From positions 2,336,001-2,400,000 of the forward strand of contig CBDDIJ010000003.1 of the NCBI GenBank assembly GCA_965228855.1: a stretch of DNA of 64,000 nt, in the 5' to 3' direction. Positions 9,014-19,224 of the stretch are shown here, in pieces; within the stretch, counting starts at the first letter, position 1; the number at the start of each line of letters is the position of its first letter. The notes below the pieces were generated by a model, which was not told the origin of the DNA, did not search any database, and was given only the letters and a program-made list of their open reading frames with translations. The position numbers and the translations under genes are program-made. Source of the DNA: Candidatus Obscuribacterales bacterium (GTDB lineage Bacteria > Cyanobacteriota > Vampirovibrionia > Obscuribacterales > Obscuribacteraceae).

Positions 9014-10237
9014 CTAGCCAGCAATCGACAAGACTCTGTCGACTCGTTGAGGACTGAGCAGCAGGATTTCGAGCATCGCGATACTCTCCTGCCCGAAAGA
9101 TGAAACAGTCAGACGGCGCTCCAGTGTCCGAGTATCTTCCGCCAGAATCGACAGGCAATCAGCATCGGTGGGCTGAGAAATCTTTCTGTACAGCAATTCC
9201 AATTTAAGCCTGATTCGCAGTAAAGACACTAAAACTGCCAGATGATGCATACCAGCGATCACACTGAGGTAGTTAAAACCCGGACCGAAATACAACTTGG
9301 AGAAGATTCGCAGATAGGCGAATCGCCTGAGTAAATCAGCCGACTCGCGAGGCAAGCGACCAAGGCGAATACTCAGCAAATCTTGCAAACCGTACTCATT
9401 CTCACGATGCTTGAAGCTGACTTTCTTCGGCTCAGAAAGGAACTCTCGCGCCACAGACTGCGCGTCTAACTCACAAACTCCGGAGTTGTAAACATTGTCA
9501 GGGAAATACAAAATCAGCAGATTTCGAATCAAAACCTGATCGATGATTTTAGGATTGACTGTGAGAGCGGCTATGTTATCGAGTTTCGCACCAACGGCGC
9601 GTTTTCTAAAACGCTCAGTTTCTTCCAACAAACTCTTTTCGACCCGCGCCTCAGGCTCCAGTTTTGCTAGCTTCTCTAGAATGATTTCTTCATCTCCAAT
9701 GTAATCTTTCCAAGCGAGCGGCTGTCCATCGATAAGTTGAGCTTCGGACCAATCCAGTGAGAGACCAGGGAAAAGTTTTTTGAACAGTGCTAATCGACTT
9801 TCCAAAAGCGAAACCTGGTCGACAAGCGGCGTCCCGGTGTTGAACAAAACACCGGATGCGGCAAAACTGACAGACGCGAAAGTGCCACTTGGAGTGTCCG
9901 TAAACGTGTAAGGGAAAAGGCGGCACATTGCCGGCTTCGCCTCAGCGCCCAAATCGTTGTGAATCGAGCATCGTTTATCTGCTGTGAGAAACGCGCAAAG
10001 CCCATCATCTCGCTTCTCCAATGAGTGTGAAAAGACTCGGAGCTTTTCATCGGCAACGTTTAAAACGCGGAAAAGCTGCTTGTTGTCGAAACCTCGCTCT
10101 TCGGCGTATCTGCTGATTCGTTCAAAATCATCCCGTGTGGCTGGAACTGGCCACTCAAAGCAACAATTTCCGCAACCCGTGCAGTCGAAATTGATTCCCT
10201 CGGGTATATGAAGCTGAGACTCTTTTATTTCTGTCAT
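9014..10237 (-). CDS. YkgJ/FliB-like cysteine-cluster (CxxCxxCC) protein
   Basis: FDCTGCGNCC and CAFL..DKRCSIH..LG..AKPAMCRLFP motifs. Confidence 0.75.
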   Translation of the reverse strand: MTEIKESQLHIPEGINFDCTGCGNCCFEWPVPATRDDFERISRYAEERGFDNKQLFRVLNVADEKLRVFSHSLEKRDDGLCAFLTADKRCSIHNDLGAEAKPAMCRLFPYTFTDTPSGTFASVSFAASGVLFNTGTPLVDQVSLLESRLALFKKLFPGLSLDWSEAQLIDGQPLAWKDYIGDEEIILEKLAKLEPEARVEKSLLEETERFRKRAVGAKLDNIAALTVNPKIIDQVLIRNLLILYFPDNVYNSGVCELDAQSVAREFLSEPKKVSFKHRENEYGLQDLLSIRLGRLPRESADLLRRFAYLRIFSKLYFGPGFNYLSVIAGMHHLAVLVSLLRIRLKLELLYRKISQPTDADCLSILAEDTRTLERRLTVSSFGQESIAMLEILLLSPQRVDRVLSIAG

Positions 10238-10330
10238 CGAGACAATGTTAGCAACTTCCTCAGCCTATGCCCATGATTAGACTTATCGAAATTAGAAACC
10301 GATTACAGTAGGTTCCCTAATTTCGCAAAT

Positions 10331-13075
10331 ATGTCAGATAAACTTTCGCTCTCACAACATAAATCATTCACGATCGGTGTCTCAACAGTCATCGCAGTCC
10401 TCTGCCTTATGGCGTATGCCGTCTCATGTACGTCGCGTCCACTGCTTGATGAAACTTACCTGCTCGAATTGATGGGAGCGCGAGCATCAAACTCGATCAT
10501 GACCTTCCTCACTACAATGATCGATTGGCCAGGCCCGCTTCCTGAAGACTCCTGGGGGTTTCTGGGGAGCAGTATCTTTAGCGTCTTATCTCATTTATCG
10601 GGACAATCGATCGCATTTCTTAGAGTAGTCTCGATTACTTTCCATGCACTCAACGCCTTCCTGTTATTCCTGGTTGGCCGAGATGCTTTCGCTCCAAGCA
10701 GTGACAGGCATACGGAAACTTCGTCCTACCTTGCGGCAGGGGCCGCATTCATATTTTCTGTTTACCCCCTGGCACCAGAGGCAGTATCATGGCTGGGAGG
10801 CATGGCCTACGAAATTGGCACGTCATTCTGGTTGCTGGCATTTCTCCTTTACATGAAAGGTAAGCGCGAAAGAGACTGGACGACTCTCGGCGTATCTTGG
10901 ATCAGCTTCTTGTTGGCCGTTCTGTCGGACAACTCCCTTTGGTCCTCCGGATTCATTATCGTAGCGCTTGAATTGGCCAAGTCGTTCATCGGACCGCATA
11001 AGTATGATGAGACCGTCGAAGTGGCGTCTGAAGATGAGGTCTTCGAGGATGCTGTAGACCGCATGATGGAAGATTCTCTGCGTGGTCATGGATATTACAC
11101 CGCCAATGATGGTAAGCCTGAGCCTATCAAGACTCCCGATCCATTGGTTACTTTCGAGCCCGCATCTGCGGAACAGCGCAGCATTGATACCACTGATAGT
11201 AGCAGCGGTCCGAACAATAAAGTTGAGACGGAACAAACAGAGCCAGGCAAATCGACAGAACCAGCCAGCGAAGACTCTCGCACAGAGAGCGCCGATGAAC
11301 TCTTTGATACACTCACGCCTACTCTGCCTTTCATAGTCCTGGGTGTTCTGATTTCCATCAGAGCCCTTCCTGAACGAGGAAATGAACAGCTCCCAGGAGA
11401 CATGATCGCTGGATTTAGTGATTGGGGTCGAGTCCTAAAAGCTCTTTTCATGCCGATCAACGAAACAACTGTCCAGCACGCACCCTATGCGTCCATGCTT
11501 CTTTTTACCACATACGCGGCACTACTTGTGGTATCAATCTTTGCACTCGCGAAGAACAAGCAGTTTCGCCAAAATGCGTCTTTTCTTTTCGCATGGCTGA
11601 TTATGATAGTCGTGCCTCATCTGCATACGGCACTAACCGACAGCCAATTTACCGGAGCAAGACTCGCTTATAGTGCGATGGTGCCAGCCACGGCGTTAAT
11701 CGCATTAGCATCCTTCGCACCGATCTACTGGCTGATTACGTCTGAGCTGAAAAATGACGGAGCTCCGGAAACGCCGCATCCACACGAATCATTTCATCGC
11801 AGTCCAGCGGTATTTATCTCTATTTGCCTGGTCCTAGTCTTCGTCGGCGCCGGTCTATCGGCCACCGTAAGTCAAAATCTGGCTTTTAAAAAAGCTGCTG
11901 AGAAACTAGAAACCATCTTTCAAACAGCTCGTGAGATTGCCAGAGGTCCGAATTCTTCGTTGACCATAATTAGAGACATGCCTTCAGATGTCGCGCGCGG
12001 AGAGCAAATATCGCCCACTCAGACGGTGATGCTATACACCCAGAAGGCTCTCATGAGAGCTCCTCAGATTCCCGGAGGACGATTGAAAGACGCGTTTCGA
12101 GATGGAAAATATCGCGATATAGCTTTGCGCTGGAATGCCGATGAAAACAAGCTCTTACCTATCGACTTGGAACAGCCGCTGACAAGCGAAATTAAATTCA
12201 CGGTGCCGGAAATCAAACGTCGAACTAAGCCGGGGGATTCGGCTTACAAAACAACCGATGTAGTTCAGGAGATGGAAACGCTTGCACTCTCTGGGTCTTC
12301 AAACAAACAGCCTTGTTTAGTCCTTGACGCCTCTGGTTTGAGCCCCCTCGGTGATGACTTCATATACATCGACTGCCAGCTTGAAACAGAAGAGCAGGAA
12401 TCAGAACCGCAAATCAAACTTCTCTGGCTCACCAAGTTGAAAACCAGATACGATGACGATCGCCGTTCGTTCTCAAAAGCAATAGCCAACGATAAGAAAT
12501 TTCATCGATACTTCATGCCAATCAGATCGACAGCATGGTCTACCAACGGAACAATAGACGAACTCACACTGCTGTTCCCGCCATCATCGAAAGTCCGGAT
12601 AAAAGAAATCGGGACCGCATCTCCTGAAGACAGACTACCGACCTTCACCTTTGCAGGGAAATCCAGCGCCAGCGAAACCGCAGAAGAACCGCGCAAAGAA
12701 CCGATGTTTGCGGGACTTACTTATGATTACCCGATGCTTCCGAACCTCGGGCTTGTCAGTTTTGACAGAAAAGCAGAGGTGCTCAATCTTCGATATGACT
12801 CGTCGAATATACGAGAAAGTCATGATTGCGTAGCTGAAATTTCAAGAGTCAATCATTTTTTCGATCTCCCTAACGCCGATGACTTCGCAGCAAAATCTTT
12901 GAAGACAGTGCATTTAGACAAACCTGCCGGCGATATCAAACTTTCAGCCAAAGATTTCAAGGTGGACGGAATTTACTCAATCCGCATATTCGCGGTCGAC
13001 AAAGAGGGTAAACTACTGGCTAACTCGTCTGACGCGATTAATTGTTTGATCTACACCAGACCACGGCGCAGCTAA
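10331..13075 (+). CDS. Polytopic membrane protein, probable GT-C (PMT-like) glycosyltransferase with a large C-terminal extracytoplasmic domain
   Basis: About 11-13 hydrophobic helices, DE motif after TM1 (PLLDETY), and FLRVVSITFHALNAFLLF and IFSVYPLAPEAVSW motifs typical of GT-C proteins. Confidence 0.65.
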   Translation: MSDKLSLSQHKSFTIGVSTVIAVLCLMAYAVSCTSRPLLDETYLLELMGARASNSIMTFLTTMIDWPGPLPEDSWGFLGSSIFSVLSHLSGQSIAFLRVVSITFHALNAFLLFLVGRDAFAPSSDRHTETSSYLAAGAAFIFSVYPLAPEAVSWLGGMAYEIGTSFWLLAFLLYMKGKRERDWTTLGVSWISFLLAVLSDNSLWSSGFIIVALELAKSFIGPHKYDETVEVASEDEVFEDAVDRMMEDSLRGHGYYTANDGKPEPIKTPDPLVTFEPASAEQRSIDTTDSSSGPNNKVETEQTEPGKSTEPASEDSRTESADELFDTLTPTLPFIVLGVLISIRALPERGNEQLPGDMIAGFSDWGRVLKALFMPINETTVQHAPYASMLLFTTYAALLVVSIFALAKNKQFRQNASFLFAWLIMIVVPHLHTALTDSQFTGARLAYSAMVPATALIALASFAPIYWLITSELKNDGAPETPHPHESFHRSPAVFISICLVLVFVGAGLSATVSQNLAFKKAAEKLETIFQTAREIARGPNSSLTIIRDMPSDVARGEQISPTQTVMLYTQKALMRAPQIPGGRLKDAFRDGKYRDIALRWNADENKLLPIDLEQPLTSEIKFTVPEIKRRTKPGDSAYKTTDVVQEMETLALSGSSNKQPCLVLDASGLSPLGDDFIYIDCQLETEEQESEPQIKLLWLTKLKTRYDDDRRSFSKAIANDKKFHRYFMPIRSTAWSTNGTIDELTLLFPPSSKVRIKEIGTASPEDRLPTFTFAGKSSASETAEEPRKEPMFAGLTYDYPMLPNLGLVSFDRKAEVLNLRYDSSNIRESHDCVAEISRVNHFFDLPNADDFAAKSLKTVHLDKPAGDIKLSAKDFKVDGIYSIRIFAVDKEGKLLANSSDAINCLIYTRPRRS

Positions 13076-13095
13076 TTTCGCGAGGCAGCACTTGA

Positions 13096-13515
13096 ATGAA
13101 ACTACACATAGACATGGAGCAGCTCGTTTACAGCTTCGAGGACGAGAGTCAGGACAATCGCTATTATCTCGACAGAGACACTGGTGACATCAGACTAGTT
13201 CATCAAGGCTTGCATGAACTGCGCGACTTGACTGATGAAATCGAGATTGAGCGCGAACGGTTTTTATATATTCCAAAACCTGATCCGAAAAAGCAGAAGG
13301 ATGATCTGCGAGACTTCATTGATACCGTAGATGATGACAAAACCAAAATGCTTCTTGACGTCGCTATGGAAAGTCCGCATGTCTTGGCAGGTTTCAAAAA
13401 GATCCTGAGTGCCAGCCCGAATGGCGAGGCTACCCTTAAGGCATTTCTAGAAGGACGGACTCGCCTGCGCGTTCGCCAGTGGTTATCAGCCAATTTTATC
13501 GAAGTTGATTCATAG
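13096..13515 (+). CDS. UPF0158 family protein
   Basis: LVYSFED...YYLDRDTGDI, ERFLYIP and C-terminal RQWL..N.IE pattern. Confidence 0.75.
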   Translation: MKLHIDMEQLVYSFEDESQDNRYYLDRDTGDIRLVHQGLHELRDLTDEIEIERERFLYIPKPDPKKQKDDLRDFIDTVDDDKTKMLLDVAMESPHVLAGFKKILSASPNGEATLKAFLEGRTRLRVRQWLSANFIEVDS

Positions 13516-13654
13516 AACCTCTGAATCGATCTTGGGCATACTGACAATCAAACTACGCTTCATTAAAAGTGAACTTAGCCGTTCCAGGTGGTAAAACATA
13601 CTTGGTTGATGCGCATCGCGTAAACTACACGGGGACGGCGAGCAAGAGTAAACG

Positions 13655-15256
13655 ATGGATTCTCCAGCCAAGCGGTGGGAAAAATATAGAGTCACTGCCG
13701 AACAAGCTCAGCAAGAGGGCATGTTCGAATTTGCAGAAACAGCCTGGACTGCCGCTTTAGAACAAGCAGAAGACTTCGGCGACACCGATCGCAGGCTCGC
13801 GTATACACTGGAGAAGATGGCTGAGTGCCTATGGCATCAAGGCAAACTCACTGACGCCGCAAACCACTGCAAGCGCGTCTTGAAAATGTACGAGAAAGTA
13901 TTGGGGGCAAAACACCCGGACGTTGCCTGTTTTATGGGCAACCTGGCGATGATTTACCACGCCAGAAACATGCACCAGGACGCTGAGGTCTACTACAAAA
14001 AAGCGCTCGAAGTGAAGAGTCAGGTGCTTGGTGCCGACCATCCGGACGTGAAGAAGTTGCAAGGCAACTATGCCGACTTGCTCTTCGTCACGAACAGAGA
14101 GTCAGAGGCTGCAGAGTTAAAGACCGGCGCCAGCCTGGTAACAGCATCAGATTGGAGAAAAACAACCGGCGCGCAATTTGCGCTCGAATCTCCCTCCAAG
14201 ACCACGCCTCCGCCCAACGGAGTTCCCGCTCCCGTGTCGCAAGCCAAAACCCTGCCTCAGGACAGCAGCACCTCACTTCAAGCAATGCCAAGCCAGGAAG
14301 CGCCTATCGCTGAGGCACCCGGCGCAACTTCCGCACGGACACTATCTTCTATACGCAGCAACAAAGCTACTGTACAAAAACCTAAACCGGTTCCGATCCA
14401 GGGCAAATCAAACCCACCACCAGCGCCGCCGCCGATTCCACCAGGAAAAACAGCTCTTCCAACTCCGGCTGCGCCGACTCCACAACCTCAAATGTCGAAA
14501 GAACAGGCATTCGAAAAGTGGAAGATGCATAAGGATCAAGCAGAAAAGGCCAGCGCCATGAACATGCTGCAGGAGTCCGAAAGTGCGTGGTTAAGCGCGC
14601 TTGAAGCAGCAGAGAAAATCGGAGAAGAGAATCCGCCGCTCTCATACACGCTTTACAGTCTCGGCGACCTGAAGGCCAGACAGGAAGCTTACGACATTGC
14701 GGTCACTTATCACCAACGCGCTTACGCAGTGAAGAAACGCGTATTAGGTCAGCACCACCTGGCTGTGGCAGCCAGCGCCAATAGCCTGGCGCGTTTGTTT
14801 TACTACCTTCGCGATTATTTTCAAGCAGAAAAACTCGCAGGCGAATGCGTGGAGATTTACGAAAAACTGCACGGCAAAGATCACGCAGAAGTTGCAGGCG
14901 CCATGCACAACCTCGCGACGCTGTATCACGTGCAGCGCAAATTTGCAGAAGCTGAGCCGGTTTATAAACAAGCTCTGGAGATCAAAACCAAAGTATTCGG
15001 CTCCGAGCACCCGGAGACGCTCCGCTTGCTGCGCAGCTACGCGGACTTACTGCGCGCAACCGGTAGAGAGTTCGAAGCGCAAAAACTCGACGCTGGTAGC
15101 ACCGGTATGATTACAGGATCCTGGAAAACGATTGATATCGCCGATGGTGCCCTTCTGAAAGCGCGAGAAGATCGCTGCGACATTTGCAACGCTCAACTTG
15201 GTGGCGCACCAAAGTGTCCGAAGTGCGGATTTGAAGCCGCTATCGGCGTAATCTAG
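13655..15256 (+). CDS. Tetratricopeptide-repeat (kinesin-light-chain-type) protein with two duplicated TPR modules and a C-terminal zinc ribbon
   Basis: Repeated LG..HP.VA..M.NLA.LY units, Pro-rich linker, and CDIC...CPKC end. Confidence 0.88.
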   Translation: MDSPAKRWEKYRVTAEQAQQEGMFEFAETAWTAALEQAEDFGDTDRRLAYTLEKMAECLWHQGKLTDAANHCKRVLKMYEKVLGAKHPDVACFMGNLAMIYHARNMHQDAEVYYKKALEVKSQVLGADHPDVKKLQGNYADLLFVTNRESEAAELKTGASLVTASDWRKTTGAQFALESPSKTTPPPNGVPAPVSQAKTLPQDSSTSLQAMPSQEAPIAEAPGATSARTLSSIRSNKATVQKPKPVPIQGKSNPPPAPPPIPPGKTALPTPAAPTPQPQMSKEQAFEKWKMHKDQAEKASAMNMLQESESAWLSALEAAEKIGEENPPLSYTLYSLGDLKARQEAYDIAVTYHQRAYAVKKRVLGQHHLAVAASANSLARLFYYLRDYFQAEKLAGECVEIYEKLHGKDHAEVAGAMHNLATLYHVQRKFAEAEPVYKQALEIKTKVFGSEHPETLRLLRSYADLLRATGREFEAQKLDAGSTGMITGSWKTIDIADGALLKAREDRCDICNAQLGGAPKCPKCGFEAAIGVI

Positions 15257-15280
15257 TTTTGAAACGCAACTGTTTGATCG

Positions 15281-17749
15281 TCAAGCTACTGCGGTCAGCT
15301 TCGGACGACGCTCAGCCGAGAAGTGCAGTGCTGCAGACTCCGGCGTAATGTATGTGCTGCCCAGTGAACCTGCAATCATCGCTTCTTTCTGCGTGCTTCC
15401 ATCGAATATGCCAAGTCTATTGCACTCTGCCAGAGCACGACCTTGATCGTTCGTCACGCCTAGCGCCGAAACGGCAATACCTTTTGCAAGACTCAAACAG
15501 ACCATAGCAGGCATGTGCCCTGCAGCTTGTCCCATGGCTGCGTCAGCCATCCCGATGCCGGCCCATGCCAGGTGCCGCATGATACCGAGCGCATTCGGAT
15601 CTCCACTACGTGCAATCGATAACGCCATAGCTCCAATGTTTTGAACCTTCGCACTGGTGGACGCGGCCTGGCTCTCAATCTTCGCGGCCTCCGCACGTGC
15701 TTCAGCTCGAGCTATGCTTCCTGCGACACTGCCCTCACCTGCGCTTCCATCCGAATGCAATACTACGCGACCATCTCCGTTGATGACACTACCATCGGTG
15801 CGCAACATCAAGTCGCTAGATTGAATGCGTATGTCGCCTCCCGGCATGCGTTCCACACCATTGATAACGGTGTGACCATCGCTGAAGTCGTGAGTCAGAG
15901 TGACATTGCCATCCTTATCGGTTCTGGTGACCTTGTCACCTTCAATGACAATTTTCTCGCCATTACTGTCGGTGGACACGGCTTTGTCAGAATTGACCTG
16001 GGAGTCGACAGCGATATGCGCCATTTGTCCGGGCTTGGCAGGATCAGGTGTTTCTGTTTCCGCACGGAATCTTCCATCGTGCATCCTGTGCAACCGATGG
16101 AATCCCTTACCAAATCCGCGGTCAATGTCGATATCGGTGCCATCGGCATTGATTTCAACATGTCCTACACGGAAACCACCCTTGTTCTTTCCTTCGGTAA
16201 TTCGCTTTACTTCAAATGGCGGCTTTTCGCCGGCCGGAATAGCGCTCCACTCGCCGTTACCATGGCGAACCATTATCTGAAGCGTATCTTTGTTTACCTT
16301 ATACTCTGTCGGATTTGCCGGATCGCTTTTTGGGTCGGTAAATATAGCGTCTCCGGAAGCTTTATCAAATCTGATGATTCGATTGCTTTGCTCGTCAGTC
16401 GCACCAATAGAGTCGCCGAGGGTAAAGATACCAGGTCGGCCAAGAACTTCGGTGAGACTGAATTTCGATTTGAGATCGATCAAAGACTCGGCAGAACCAA
16501 TCGCTTTGATGTACTTGGAGCCTATCGCGGCTTCCCAGCTGCCGTCCGGTTTCTTCTCTACAAAACCGCTGTTGTCTTTGTTAAACCAGGTTTCCGTTCC
16601 ATCTTTCAAGCGATGGACGGTAGTTCCATCGACGTTCTGCAAAGAGATGCTGCCATCCGGGTTTTCGATGCGAAGATTTCCAGCCGCGTCTCGCTGCACC
16701 TTCGCTTTAGACTTTTCGTCGATGGTCTCTTTAGCATCCTTCAAACCGTTGGTGAGCATGTCTGACGTTCTGGCGAGCTCTTCTGGAGATCTACCCGTCA
16801 GTCTAGCGATCTCGCCGTCAGCGCCGCCCGCTCCACTGTTGAACGCTCCATCAGCTTTAGCTTCTTCTTTGACTTTTTCCAGAGCGGCAAGACCGTTCTC
16901 ACCCGCCTTTTCCTTGTCCACATTCTTAAGCGCGCGGTTCGTTCTCAAAAGATCTTCGTTCGATGCATCTGCGTTGTAGACGGAATCGTCCAGGACTCTT
17001 TTGGCTTCCCAACCTTTATCGATCCCGGCAGTTTTAAATGCACTATCGAAAGTGTCTCCGAACCACGATGCCGTATCACCAAGCCACGAGGTCGCGCCAT
17101 CCCACGCGCCCTTGCAGACATTCTCAACCGGGTCCGGTGTGATCGCGCTCACGCCCCAGGCGAAAGCGTTTCCAATATCGCCTAGAATGCCCCAGTCGTT
17201 CTTCTTAGTGGGGTCGGTTTCGTTTTTCGCGTCTGCAACAGCTGTCGAGTCGGTCGGAGCCGCTTTGTCCGTCGCTCCTGCAAAAACACCCTTTGCGGCT
17301 GCGTCTTTAGCGACCGCTGAATCACCCTCGACATCGACTTTCGGCAATGATTTCTTGTCGGCTTCTGTGGTCTTATCGCCGAAACCGAGTGCGGCTTTGA
17401 TTTCAGATATCTCGTTATGGTCTTCCCAGAAGCCCCAGAGGCGCTCAGAAAGAGACTCTTCCTTCTTCTCGTCGCCTTCTTTCTTGGCTTCGCCTTCCTT
17501 CTTTTCCTCTGGTTTCTTCTCACCGCTGGCTTCAGTGGCGGTCGAGTCAGTAGAGGCCGGCTTGTCCGCAGGCTTATCGGCAGGCTTATCGGCTGGCTTG
17601 TCTGCGGGTTTGTCGGTCGCAGCACTGGTTGTCGAGTCGGCTTTGAGCTTCTCGGCAGCTCCCTTTGCATCGGCTTCCTGTGCAGCAGCCGACGGGCTCG
17701 AAGCGACTTCGGGCTTTTTGTCGTTAGCTGGTTTGGGAGCGTCAGCCAT
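15281..17749 (-). CDS. Large hypothetical protein with no signal peptide, (DKPA)5 repeat, PDG/DG beta-hairpin repeats and Gly/Ala-rich hydrophobic C-terminal helices
   Basis: 822-aa ORF with a coherent compositional architecture; opposite-strand ORFs are shadows. Confidence 0.75.
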   Translation of the reverse strand: MADAPKPANDKKPEVASSPSAAAQEADAKGAAEKLKADSTTSAATDKPADKPADKPADKPADKPASTDSTATEASGEKKPEEKKEGEAKKEGDEKKEESLSERLWGFWEDHNEISEIKAALGFGDKTTEADKKSLPKVDVEGDSAVAKDAAAKGVFAGATDKAAPTDSTAVADAKNETDPTKKNDWGILGDIGNAFAWGVSAITPDPVENVCKGAWDGATSWLGDTASWFGDTFDSAFKTAGIDKGWEAKRVLDDSVYNADASNEDLLRTNRALKNVDKEKAGENGLAALEKVKEEAKADGAFNSGAGGADGEIARLTGRSPEELARTSDMLTNGLKDAKETIDEKSKAKVQRDAAGNLRIENPDGSISLQNVDGTTVHRLKDGTETWFNKDNSGFVEKKPDGSWEAAIGSKYIKAIGSAESLIDLKSKFSLTEVLGRPGIFTLGDSIGATDEQSNRIIRFDKASGDAIFTDPKSDPANPTEYKVNKDTLQIMVRHGNGEWSAIPAGEKPPFEVKRITEGKNKGGFRVGHVEINADGTDIDIDRGFGKGFHRLHRMHDGRFRAETETPDPAKPGQMAHIAVDSQVNSDKAVSTDSNGEKIVIEGDKVTRTDKDGNVTLTHDFSDGHTVINGVERMPGGDIRIQSSDLMLRTDGSVINGDGRVVLHSDGSAGEGSVAGSIARAEARAEAAKIESQAASTSAKVQNIGAMALSIARSGDPNALGIMRHLAWAGIGMADAAMGQAAGHMPAMVCLSLAKGIAVSALGVTNDQGRALAECNRLGIFDGSTQKEAMIAGSLGSTYITPESAALHFSAERRPKLTAVA
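17555..17614 (-). repeat. Coding 12-bp tandem repeat x5 encoding (DKPA)5
   Basis: Five degenerate 12-mers matching DKPADKPADKPADKPADKPA in the protein. Confidence 0.85.
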
Positions 17750-18021
17750 CCGTTGGGAACTCCGGATTCGTGAGAGGGAACCTGGGATACGCGCGATGCG
17801 TGTTTAGGTTTTCGGACTGATAGTAAGTAGTGATATTGTCAAGGAGCTTGCTCCTAAAGTCAATCGGCGTTTGCGGGAATTACGTAGTCCGAAAACGATG
17901 ATTTAATATTAAATGCCCGAAAAAGCAATGAATTAAACCGAATATCAGCTGTTGACAGCGTTTTCCCTATAGCTTCGGTATAACATGACGCTAAAATTGA
18001 TTTCGACCAGTCTCTCCGAAC

Positions 18022-18942
18022 ATGATGACCAAACACCTTACTAATTCGACAAAAGCAAAAACAAGTTTCACCATCCTTTCTATGTGTGTTGCGATGCTGC
18101 TATCCGGCTGTGATGTCGTGAAGCAGCTCGTAGGCTCGGGAGCTAACGCACCGACAAATCCGGGCGCGCAAGCTCCACAGCAGCAACCGGCGACGCATGG
18201 TCCCATGGACGGTTATTGGAAGCTAGCCTTTCAATTCAACGAAGACGTGAAAAGCAGTCATATTCGCCTTTCCCAGATTGGAGACAAGTTTTCAGGTCAG
18301 GGAACCGATGATGAGACCGGCAAACCATTTCTCGTCGAGAACGGCGTGGTCCGTCAGGATGAAGTCGTTTTCTACAAACGTTATGAGCAGCCTGATAATC
18401 CCAATCAGCCTCCAGTCGAGTACGGCGGGAAGGTCGATTTCAAATCAGGCTACATGAGTGGCAAATACCTGATTACTTTTCAAGGGAAAGAGATCGCAGG
18501 CGATTGGGAGGCTCAACGCGAGGGCGCCGAGGGACAGAGCGCCGCAACCAATCCGCCGCCACAGGAGCAGAAAGCCCCGCCACCGGCAAACCAGCCGAAC
18601 AAGGCGCCTGACCTTTCGGGGAAATGGACTATGGGCTTCGAGTACCAGTTTAAAACCATGCATTCGACTATGTTTATCGAACAGCTCGGAGACAAGATCA
18701 CAGGGCACGGTGAAGATGAAAACACTAAAGAGAAATTCGTAATCGAGAAGGGCTGGTATAAGTACCCGAAAGTCACACTGATTCGAAAATACGCTGCGAT
18801 TAAGGGGAAAAATCCGAAGCCTGAGCGGCACATGACTTTCAAGGCCGATGTCTCCTGGGTCACTGATTCCGACTATCAGGGACCATACATGGCAGGTAAG
18901 ACCGACGGCGGCGGTAACTGGGAAGCTCAACTGGTTCGGTAA
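18022..18942 (+). CDS. Lipoprotein with two tandem homologous beta-barrel-like domains
   Basis: Lipobox LLSG-C. Domain 1 (MDGYW...SQIGDKFSGQGTD...WEAQR) aligns with domain 2 (LSGKW...EQLGDKITGHGED...WEAQL). Confidence 0.8.
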   Translation: MMTKHLTNSTKAKTSFTILSMCVAMLLSGCDVVKQLVGSGANAPTNPGAQAPQQQPATHGPMDGYWKLAFQFNEDVKSSHIRLSQIGDKFSGQGTDDETGKPFLVENGVVRQDEVVFYKRYEQPDNPNQPPVEYGGKVDFKSGYMSGKYLITFQGKEIAGDWEAQREGAEGQSAATNPPPQEQKAPPPANQPNKAPDLSGKWTMGFEYQFKTMHSTMFIEQLGDKITGHGEDENTKEKFVIEKGWYKYPKVTLIRKYAAIKGKNPKPERHMTFKADVSWVTDSDYQGPYMAGKTDGGGNWEAQLVR

Positions 18943-19224
18943 TCAAACTGGTCATCTGGCGAAGAATGTGCGATGCTTAGAGTAGTGCGTTCGAAATCGA
19001 ACAGGCATTTTCTGTGCAGCAAAGTGGAGTGGCGCTCAAAGCGAAGACGATTACGCAATTCATTTGCCACTGGCTCTGAAAGACTGCTAGACAGGTCCAG
19101 CACGAATTTTCTTTGTACTTTTGGAAGCAACGGGCTCGCTCGATAGATGGGCGTCTGTAATCCATCCATCAACGCTGCTAGAACTCAGGAACATCTCCTG
19201 AAAATTCGACAACAAGAAGGACTT

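Noticed and set aside
15641..17807. Long plus-strand ORFs (374, 229 and 268 aa)
   Set aside because: They are antisense shadows of the 822-aa minus-strand gene, with no protein motifs.
17952..17984. TTGACA...TATAAC sigma70 promoter for the lipoprotein gene
   Set aside because: The 21-nt spacing is outside the normal range.
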